Origin: an uncultured Thermococci archaeon
GTDB lineage: Archaea; Methanobacteriota_B; Thermococci; Thermococcales; Thermococcaceae
DNA length: 24,947 nt
Assembly: GCA_964487115.1 (NCBI GenBank)
Contig: CAZAPD010000010.1
Location: 1 to 24,947 of the forward strand
Direction: 5' to 3'
The notes under the pieces were generated by a model. The model had not been told where the DNA came from. It did not search any database and saw nothing but the letters and a program-made list of their open reading frames with translations. The first letter of the stretch is position 1, and every line of letters begins with the position of its first letter. Below, piece by piece: positions 17,378-24,947 of the stretch. A program made the translations under genes and the position numbers.

Positions 17378-18029
17378 GAACCTCACCGTCCCTCAGGAGT
17401 ATCAGGATGTCCGCGAACTCAAAGAACTCCCTCTCGTGGGTGGCCGCTATGACGGTTACCCCCTCCTCATTTATCCTCCTCAAAAGCCTCCACACCCTGA
17501 GCTTGTTCTCCCAGTCGAGGTTGGCCGTCGGCTCATCGGCGAAGAGGTACTTCGGCCTATTGGCCAAAGCCCTCGCTATGGCAATCCTCTGCATCTCACC
17601 ACCGCTCATGTGCTCGGGCAGTTTGTCGGCGAGATGCTCGGCGTTGACGAGCCTTAAAAGCTCTCGAGCTCTTTCTTCAGGATTTTTGATTTTCTCGGAG
17701 TACTTCATCGGCAGGAGAACGTTTTCGAGGCCCGTTAAGTAGGGCACGAGATAGAAGAACTGGAAGACTATCCCGAAGTTGTCAAGACGGTAGCGCCTCA
17801 GCTCCTTCTCCTTCATGGAGTGAATCTCAACGCTATCAACGATGACCTCGCCCGAGGTAGGCCTGTCTATCCCGCTCAGGATGTTGAGAAGAGTTGTCTT
17901 ACCACTCCCAGAGGCACCGGCTATGACATAGAACTTTCCGTCCTCAAACTTCAGGTTTATTCCCTTGAGGGCGGTAATGTTCCCGAACTCATAGTGCTTT
18001 TCAAGATTTTCAGCAACTATCACATTCAT
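17346..18029 (-). CDS. ABC transporter ATP-binding protein (LolD/MacB family)
   Basis: Walker A GASGSGKT, GIVFQFFYL, signature MSGGEMQR, Walker B LFADEPTANLD, H-loop ATH. Confidence 0.95.
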   Translation of the reverse strand: MNVIVAENLEKHYEFGNITALKGINLKFEDGKFYVIAGASGSGKTTLLNILSGIDRPTSGEVIVDSVEIHSMKEKELRRYRLDNFGIVFQFFYLVPYLTGLENVLLPMKYSEKIKNPEERARELLRLVNAEHLADKLPEHMSGGEMQRIAIARALANRPKYLFADEPTANLDWENKLRVWRLLRRINEEGVTVIAATHEREFFEFADILILLRDGEVHEVKDNPGKA

Positions 18030-18052
18030 TACCTTACCATTCGCTGTTTTAG

Positions 18053-19208
<1,156 letters not shown>

Positions 19209-19210
<2 letters not shown>

Positions 19211-19300
19211 TATCGCTATATATATCACATGTCAATATAGCAATATATAGTTCTTGTGGAGCACTATATTTTATTGCGACAATCTTTATATTTCAGGCAG
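19209..19300 (+). promoter_or_regulatory. pst operon promoter with upstream direct and inverted ATATAG/CTATAT repeats
   Basis: TATA box TTTATA at 19285-19290 and GGTGA RBS at 19315-19319. Repeats at 19216-19223, 19233-19250 and 19264-19270. Confidence 0.5.
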
Positions 19301-19325
19301 TTGCATCTTCTTCCGGTGAAGCCCT

Positions 19326-20483
19326 ATGAAGAAATTCGCGGCACTCCTATTGGTTTTCTTACTCGGTGCAACTGCAGTGGGAAGCGGCTGCATTGGGTTG
19401 AGTGAGGGCGAAAAGAGTCCCACAAGCACGAGTCACAGCAGTACGAGTGCTTCACACGGGGAAAGTGGCAGCGTGGTAATCATCCGTACCACCGGCGCAA
19501 CCTTCCCCCAGTACCAGATACAGAAGTGGATTGATGCATACATGAAGAAGCACCCAAACGTTAAAATCGAGTACGAAGGCGGGGGTAGCGGACACGGCCA
19601 AGAGGCCTTCCTGAAGGGCCTGACCGACATTGGTAGAACTGACCCGCCCGTTAAGGAATCAACTTGGAAACAGTTCCTCAAAACTGGTGATCAGCCCCTC
19701 CAGTTCCCCGAGATAGTCGGTGCCGTGGTGGTGGTTTACAACCTGCCCGGTGTTGACGGGCTCAAACTCGACGGGGAGACCCTCGCCAAGATATTCATGG
19801 GGGAGGTAGAGTACTGGGACGACGACGCAATAAAGGCCCTGAATCCCGGAGCAAAGCTTCCCCACGAGCGGATAATCGTGATACACAGGAGCGACGCCAG
19901 CGGAACGACGGCAATCTTCACGACATACCTCAGCCTCGTAAGTGAGGAGTTCTCCAAGAAGGTAGGCTCTGGAAAGCTCGTCAACTGGCCGGTTGACAAG
20001 ATGGGCAGGGGGATTGGCGCCAAGGGCAACCCGGGCGTCGTGCAGGCCCTGAAGAGCACAAAGTACAGCATAGCCTACACCGAGCTCTCCTTTGCCATCG
20101 AGAACAACCTCCACGTGGTTGCCCTCAAAAACAGGGCAGGGAAGTTCGTGGAGCCGAATGACGAAACCATAAAGGCGGCAGTCTCTGCCGTCAAGTCCTA
20201 CATACCCTCCCCCACCGAAGGCTACAAGGAGGACCTCAAGCAACTCCTCAACGCCCCGGGTGAAAACGCCTACCCGATAGTAGCATTCACACACCTCCTC
20301 GTCTGGGAGAACAAGGGCGGAAAGCACTACTCCCCCGAGAAAGCCAGAGCCATAAAGGACTTCCTCAGGTGGGTGCTCACGGAGGGTCAGAAGGAGGAGT
20401 ACCTGGCACCGGGATACGTCGGCCTGCCTGGGGATGTGGCAAAGATAGGCCTCAACGCGGTTGACATGATACGGGAAGGATGA
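19326..20483 (+). CDS. pstS: Phosphate ABC transporter substrate-binding lipoprotein PstS
   Basis: Lipobox-like GSGC and Ser/Thr linker. Phosphate-binding motifs GATFP, GGGSGHG, HRSDASGTT, GAKGN, AYPI. Confidence 0.95.
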   Translation: MKKFAALLLVFLLGATAVGSGCIGLSEGEKSPTSTSHSSTSASHGESGSVVIIRTTGATFPQYQIQKWIDAYMKKHPNVKIEYEGGGSGHGQEAFLKGLTDIGRTDPPVKESTWKQFLKTGDQPLQFPEIVGAVVVVYNLPGVDGLKLDGETLAKIFMGEVEYWDDDAIKALNPGAKLPHERIIVIHRSDASGTTAIFTTYLSLVSEEFSKKVGSGKLVNWPVDKMGRGIGAKGNPGVVQALKSTKYSIAYTELSFAIENNLHVVALKNRAGKFVEPNDETIKAAVSAVKSYIPSPTEGYKEDLKQLLNAPGENAYPIVAFTHLLVWENKGGKHYSPEKARAIKDFLRWVLTEGQKEEYLAPGYVGLPGDVAKIGLNAVDMIREG

Positions 20484-20551
20484 GAATGAGAAAGACCGCA
20501 TCCCCTCCTTTCCCTTTATTATCAGGGGTATAACCCCCGCGGGTGGTGCCC

Positions 20552-21337
20552 ATGAAGGTTGGAGTGAACTCCCACATCGTTAAGGAAATCAGCGGACAGG
20601 AGTTTTCCCTCGACGAGCTGAACGTTGACGTTGTTGAGCTCGGCTTTGACGATGTTACGGTTCTGACAGAGGACGGCATCATCTGGGAGGCCCTGAAGAA
20701 CTTGGCAGGTCTCGGGGTGGAGTTCACGCTTCACGCCCCGACCTCCGACGGGAAGAACGTCAGGGTCGATCTCGGCAGGTACAGCAGGATGAACATCATA
20801 ACGATGGAGAGGGTGTTCAGAATAGCCGAGGCATTGGACGCGACTACCGTTGTGGTTCACGGTGGAGACATCCACAGGAGCTATCACAGGGCGTTTGCCA
20901 ACACCCGAAAGCAGATGATGGAGATATCGGCAGTGGCCGAGGAGCACGGGGTGAGGCTCCTTATCGAGAACCTAACCGACATGAGGATTGGCGTTTTTCC
21001 GCACGAACTCCTGCCCTTCCTGGAGAGCAACGTCGGGATATGCCTGGACATCGGACACGCCTTCCTGACGGCAATGAAGTACGGTGTCCCTATGGACGAA
21101 TTCGCCCTCCTGAAGGCAGAGGAGGTACACGCCCACGACAACAACGGCACAACGGATGAGCACCTTCCCCCCGGCGAGGGTATGATAGGCAGGGCCTACG
21201 CCAGCAGGCTCATCCGGGCCACAAGGCCGACCTACGTCATCCTTGAGATAAGACGCTACTCCCGGCCTGAAAACGTCATGGAGGTTTTGGAGTTTGCAAG
21301 GGGCCTAAAAGGACAGGTTGTCAGGGGTGTTGGTTAA
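20552..21337 (+). CDS. Endonuclease IV/xylose-isomerase-like TIM-barrel metalloenzyme (usually annotated as a sugar phosphate isomerase/epimerase)
   Basis: ATG 20552 with GGTGG RBS. Motifs LHAP, VHGG, IEN, DIGH, HAHDN, DEHLPPGEG, ILEI. TAATG overlap with pstC. Confidence 0.85.
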   Translation: MKVGVNSHIVKEISGQEFSLDELNVDVVELGFDDVTVLTEDGIIWEALKNLAGLGVEFTLHAPTSDGKNVRVDLGRYSRMNIITMERVFRIAEALDATTVVVHGGDIHRSYHRAFANTRKQMMEISAVAEEHGVRLLIENLTDMRIGVFPHELLPFLESNVGICLDIGHAFLTAMKYGVPMDEFALLKAEEVHAHDNNGTTDEHLPPGEGMIGRAYASRLIRATRPTYVILEIRRYSRPENVMEVLEFARGLKGQVVRGVG

Positions 21338-22248
21338 TGAGGGACACCTTCCGCGCACTGACCCTTCCGGCAGTTCTTGCCGTTTTTATCATTTTCACAG
21401 GCATGCTTGTGGTCTACTTCACCAACGCGGTTCTGGCGTTCCACCGATTTGGCCTCGATGTTTACCTCACGAACGTCTGGCACGCCTCCGAGGATCCCGA
21501 AAAGGAAATTTATGGAATAGCCGCGGCGATATGGGGGAGCGTCTACACCGCTCTTATAGCAGTCGCCGTAGCGCTACCCCTGTCGATTGCATACTCCATC
21601 TTTGTGGTAGACTACTCACCCAGATGGCTCAAGAACCCCCTTATTGTAATCTCAGATATCATGGCAGGACTGCCGACGATAATATATGGACTCTGGGGGG
21701 CGCTGGTTCTCGTCCCCTTCCTGCGGGATGAAATCATGAAACCCCTCTATGAGCACCTCTCATTCATCCCGCTCTTCTCGTACCCTCCAACCACCGGCTA
21801 CAGCTACTTCTCAGCCGGTGTCCTGCTGGCCATAATGGTCACCCCCTTCGCCTCCGCCATAATAAGGGAGGCATACACAATGGTGCCATTTATCTACCGC
21901 GAGGCCGTTTACGCCCTCGGTGCGACGAGACTTGAGGCCACGAGAATTCTCCTCGGCTACATAAGGCCCGCAGTCGTGTCGGGAACGATACTTGCCTTTG
22001 GGAGAGCGATCGGCGAGACCGTAGCCGTGTCACTCGTCATAGGCAACACGTTCAACATGACATGGGCGCTATTCGCCCCTGGCTACACCGTCTCCTCCCT
22101 CATAGCGAACCAGTTCGGCAACGCCTTCATCTACGAATACATGACGCCGGTCCTCTACGCGGCGGGTCTGGCGCTCTTTGTCATAGGACTTGCGGTGAAC
22201 CTGCTCGGCATCAGGATCCTGAGGAGGTGGGAGGAGAATGTCCCGTAA
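21337..22248 (+). CDS. pstC: Phosphate ABC transporter permease PstC
   Basis: AGLPTIIYGLWG, EAA-loop REAVYALGATR, FGRAIGETVAV, and position in the operon. Confidence 0.95.
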   Translation: MRDTFRALTLPAVLAVFIIFTGMLVVYFTNAVLAFHRFGLDVYLTNVWHASEDPEKEIYGIAAAIWGSVYTALIAVAVALPLSIAYSIFVVDYSPRWLKNPLIVISDIMAGLPTIIYGLWGALVLVPFLRDEIMKPLYEHLSFIPLFSYPPTTGYSYFSAGVLLAIMVTPFASAIIREAYTMVPFIYREAVYALGATRLEATRILLGYIRPAVVSGTILAFGRAIGETVAVSLVIGNTFNMTWALFAPGYTVSSLIANQFGNAFIYEYMTPVLYAAGLALFVIGLAVNLLGIRILRRWEENVP

Positions 22249-23068
22249 CATAAGGAGAGTCAAGGAGCGGGCGTTCCTATGTGGCGTTGCGCTCCTCACG
22301 GCTTTAGCCGTGCTCCCCCTTTTCCACATAATCATGACGGTAACCGTCAGAGGGCTTCCCGAAGTGGTGTCAGGGGGCCTCAGGTTCCTAACGGGAACGC
22401 TCTCCGAAGGCGGTATCGGGCCCGCCATAGCCGGGACCTTCCTGCTTACCTTCCTCTCAGCCCTGCTTGGACTCCCCGTGGCTTTCCTCGTCGGGCTGTA
22501 CGCCTATGAGTTTCCCAACAGTGCGGTGGGCAGGTGGACAAAGACCCTCCTCCAGATAATGCTGGAGTTCCCGACCATACTCGTTGGGGTCTTCGTGATG
22601 CAGGTTCTCGTCGTCCCGATGGGAACGTACTCGGCCATCGCGGGGACGCTTTCCTTGGCGATAATACTCACCCCATACGTTGCCGTTTACACCCACGAGG
22701 CAATGCGCCAGATACCGTTCACCTACCGCGAGGCCGCGTTTTCCCTCGGACTGACGAGGACAAGAGTACTGTTCAGGGTGCTGGCTCCAATGGCAAGACG
22801 TGGCATCCTTACCGGGGGCCTGATAGGACTCGCCAAGGTTGCGGGGGAAACGGCACCGCTCCTTTTTACGGCAGGCGGGCTTTACGAGAGCTACCCCCAC
22901 TCCGTGACCGCCCCTGTGGGCTCAATATCCCTGCTCATATACCAGCTCGTCCAGAGCCCCAGCCCGGCAGATCACAGAATGGCATGGGGGGCCTCCTTAG
23001 TCCTCCTGCTGATCTTCCTCGATATATTCGTGCCGATAAGGCTTTCCCTGAGGGAGGTGAAACTGTGA
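22238..23068 (+). CDS. pstA: Phosphate ABC transporter permease PstA
   Basis: [36 protein letters not shown]. Confidence 0.95.
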   Translation: MSRNIRRVKERAFLCGVALLTALAVLPLFHIIMTVTVRGLPEVVSGGLRFLTGTLSEGGIGPAIAGTFLLTFLSALLGLPVAFLVGLYAYEFPNSAVGRWTKTLLQIMLEFPTILVGVFVMQVLVVPMGTYSAIAGTLSLAIILTPYVAVYTHEAMRQIPFTYREAAFSLGLTRTRVLFRVLAPMARRGILTGGLIGLAKVAGETAPLLFTAGGLYESYPHSVTAPVGSISLLIYQLVQSPSPADHRMAWGASLVLLLIFLDIFVPIRLSLREVKL

Positions 23069-23823
23069 ACCTCGCGATAGAAACAAGGAACCTCCACGTC
23101 TATTACGGGAACAACCACGTGATAAAGGGCGTTGATCTGCAAATCCCAGCCAAGGGAATCTTTGCCCTCATGGGACCGAGCGGGTGCGGAAAGTCCACCA
23201 TGCTGAGGACGTTCAACAGGCTGATAGAGCTAAACGACGGAGCCCGCGTCGAGGGGGAGGTTCTTCTCTTCGGAAAAAACATATACTCGCCAGACGTTGA
23301 CCCAATTGGAATAAGACGCCAGGTCGGGATGGTGTTCCAGTATCCAAACCCCTTCCCGCATTTGACAATCTACGACAATGTTGCCCTCGGGCTCAAGCTA
23401 AACAGACTCTTACCAGGGGAGAAGATAAGGGAAAGAGTCGAATGGGCCCTGAAAAAGGCAGCTCTCTGGGACGAGGTCAAGGACAGACTTGACGATTACC
23501 CATCCAACCTCTCTGGGGGACAGAAACAGAGGCTCGTAATAGCCAGGGCCCTCGCGATGAAGCCGAGAGTCCTCCTGATGGACGAGCCAACCGCCAACAT
23601 AGATCCCGTCGGGACGGCGAAGATAGAGGAACTCCTTTTTGAGCTGAAGGAGGAGTACACCATCGTCCTCGTGACGCACTCACCGGCCCAGGCCGCAAGG
23701 GTCTCCGACTGGGTGGCATTCCTATATCTCGGAAAGCTCATAGAGGTGGGCCCGACAAGAAAAGTCTTCGAGAACCCCGAGCACGAGCTCACCGAAAAGT
23801 ACGTGACGGGGGCGCTTGGATGA
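23065..23823 (+). CDS. pstB: Phosphate ABC transporter ATP-binding protein PstB
   Basis: True start is GTG 23065 (GGAGGTGA RBS, GTGA overlap with the pstA stop). [40 protein letters not shown]. Confidence 0.95.
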   Translation: MNLAIETRNLHVYYGNNHVIKGVDLQIPAKGIFALMGPSGCGKSTMLRTFNRLIELNDGARVEGEVLLFGKNIYSPDVDPIGIRRQVGMVFQYPNPFPHLTIYDNVALGLKLNRLLPGEKIRERVEWALKKAALWDEVKDRLDDYPSNLSGGQKQRLVIARALAMKPRVLLMDEPTANIDPVGTAKIEELLFELKEEYTIVLVTHSPAQAARVSDWVAFLYLGKLIEVGPTRKVFENPEHELTEKYVTGALG

Positions 23824-23852
23824 AGTGGGATGCCCATACGTGAGGTGATAGC

Positions 23853-24443
23853 ATGAGGAAGCTCCTTAACATCGGGATTGAACAGCTCAAGAAGATGATA
23901 GAGGAAATGGCCACTGGCTCCCTTGAGGCTCTCGAATCTGCGAGGGCGAGCATAGAGGGCGACTTCAACTCAACGGAAGAGATAGCGAGCAGGCTCCACA
24001 TCATAAGGGCTGAGGTGCTGGATCTCGCAACAGAGCTCCTCGTCCGCTACTCACCGGTGGCAACGGACCTCCGCTTCATCCAGAGTGCCATAGACGTCTC
24101 CTACGACCTCTATCGGATATCGCGCTATGCGATGGAAATAGAGCGGACAGCAAGACTCGTCCAAGGACCGATGGAGCTCTCGAAGAAGGCATTTCCAATA
24201 GCCGAGAAGGCAGTGCGCATATCGGTGGTCGCCTTCCGAGACCTCGACGAGACTCTCGTGGGGAAGCTCCTTGAGCTGGACAAGCAGGTGGATTCGCTCT
24301 ACATACTCTCCCTCAAGGCGCTGAATGAGAGCCCGGAGAGGGCAGGGGATGCGCTAGTCATGCGCCACCTCGAAAGGATAAGCGACCACGCAAAGGAGAT
24401 AGGAGCAAGAGTAATATACATCAGGGAGGGCAGAAGGCTGTAA
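23853..24443 (+). CDS. phoU: Phosphate uptake regulator PhoU
   Basis: PVATDLRFI, DLYRISRYA, RHLERISDHA (two PhoU repeats). GAGGTGA RBS. Confidence 0.92.
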   Translation: MRKLLNIGIEQLKKMIEEMATGSLEALESARASIEGDFNSTEEIASRLHIIRAEVLDLATELLVRYSPVATDLRFIQSAIDVSYDLYRISRYAMEIERTARLVQGPMELSKKAFPIAEKAVRISVVAFRDLDETLVGKLLELDKQVDSLYILSLKALNESPERAGDALVMRHLERISDHAKEIGARVIYIREGRRL

Positions 24444-24444
24444 G

Positions 24445-24480
24445 GTCGCCATGTCCTGAAGGCGAGGCCTAAGAATGTAA
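24445..24480. mobile_element. Possible degenerate IS200/IS605-family terminal hairpin remnant
   Basis: GTCGCCATGTCCTGAAGGCGAGGC has a CGCC/GGCG stem. It resembles, from memory, the CCTGAAGGGCGAGGC subterminal hairpins of archaeal IS200/IS605 ends. No transposase nearby. Confidence 0.3.
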
Positions 24481-24690
24481 AGGCCGAGCAACGACCTCAA
24501 GGAAATAAAGTTTTAGCTTTCCCAGGATTCCATATTATCCGGCTCCTCACCTTGCCACCGTCGGGAATAGAGTTCATCAAGGGGACAAAGCTCCTCGAGA
24601 ATCTCACAGAAGAGCAAACCTCCCAGCAGGGAAAGCTTCACATCCTACAATAAAACTTTTAAGCGGAGTAGTATGACTCATATTGGTGGT

Positions 24691-24947
24691 ATGATGAGAG
24701 CATGGAAGATTGCATTAATCGCAATTGTGGGAGCTCTCATCCTTGGAGGAGCTATATATTTCGTAGTTTTGCACTATGGAACCTACACATACCAGTGGAA
24801 AACAAACCTCAATGAATACAAGGTATATCACCTTCTTGGCAACTCAACACTGAGCGGCTACATAAAAGCTGATGGGGAGATAAGTGCATACATTCTAACC
24901 AAAGAAAACTTTGAGAAAATGAAGCGGGGAGAGCACTTCGAGTATTA
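24691..24947 (+). CDS. Hypothetical N-terminally membrane-anchored protein, truncated by the window end
   Basis: Open frame MMRAWKIALIAIVGALILGGAIYFVVLHYGTYTYQW... runs to the end of the window. Promoter AAAACTTTTAAG at 24652-24663 and GGTGGT at 24685-24690. Start could be 24691 or 24694. Confidence 0.7.
   Translation, partial: MMRAWKIALIAIVGALILGGAIYFVVLHYGTYTYQWKTNLNEYKVYHLLGNSTLSGYIKADGEISAYILTKENFEKMKRGEHFEY

Noticed and set aside
19659..20501. 280-aa antisense ORF opposite pstS, and other short antisense or alternative-frame ORFs in the track
   Set aside because: Shadow ORFs of well-supported genes. They have no recognisable motifs, and long antisense frames are expected with high GC3.
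22534..23064. 177-codon N-terminal extension of the PstB ORF overlapping pstA
   Set aside because: It is an alternative frame of GC-rich pstA with Arg/Pro/Gly-rich composition. A strong GGAGGTGA RBS and GTG at 23065 give a normal-length PstB.
24443..24497. Hammerhead-ribozyme-like look (CTGA...GAGGCC...GGCCGA)
   Set aside because: The core is not CUGANGA/GAAA (CTGAAGGCGA and GAGC instead) and there is no room for stem I.

Overview
Archaeal DNA from a Thermococcales genome, most likely Thermococcus-like. This is judged from GGTGA-type ribosome-binding sites, BRE/TATA promoters and the protein families present. Left to right the window holds: a partial M32 carboxypeptidase; a PfkB kinase; a five-gene MoxR/DUF58/DUF4129 membrane operon; DUF2118; an FKBP PPIase; a five-gene Tad/type IV pilus machinery operon (DUF515, a secreted protein, a KlbA/TadA ATPase, two TadB/TadC-type platform proteins); a TIGR04076 protein and a circularly permuted GTPase; a MacB/FtsX-type ABC exporter; trm14; a pstS-(TIM barrel)-pstCAB-phoU operon; and a partial membrane-anchored protein. 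No rRNA, tRNA, CRISPR array or transposase was seen. Five observations stand out. (1) A 186-aa Ala1 (class 2, KlbA-type) mini-intein splits the His box of the pilus ATPase. (2) DUF515 looks like a CpaB/RcpC-type domain with a symmetric Ser-rich insertion that could be a long beta-hairpin forming a conduit. (3) The TIM-barrel gene in the pst operon keeps all nine endonuclease IV-type metal ligands, suggesting a phosphoesterase. (4) GC content is sharply mosaic, with junctions inside housekeeping genes. (5) The disordered ATPase N-terminus carries six copies of an L(D/E)xIL-like motif. Family assignments come from motif recognition and memory, not database searches.
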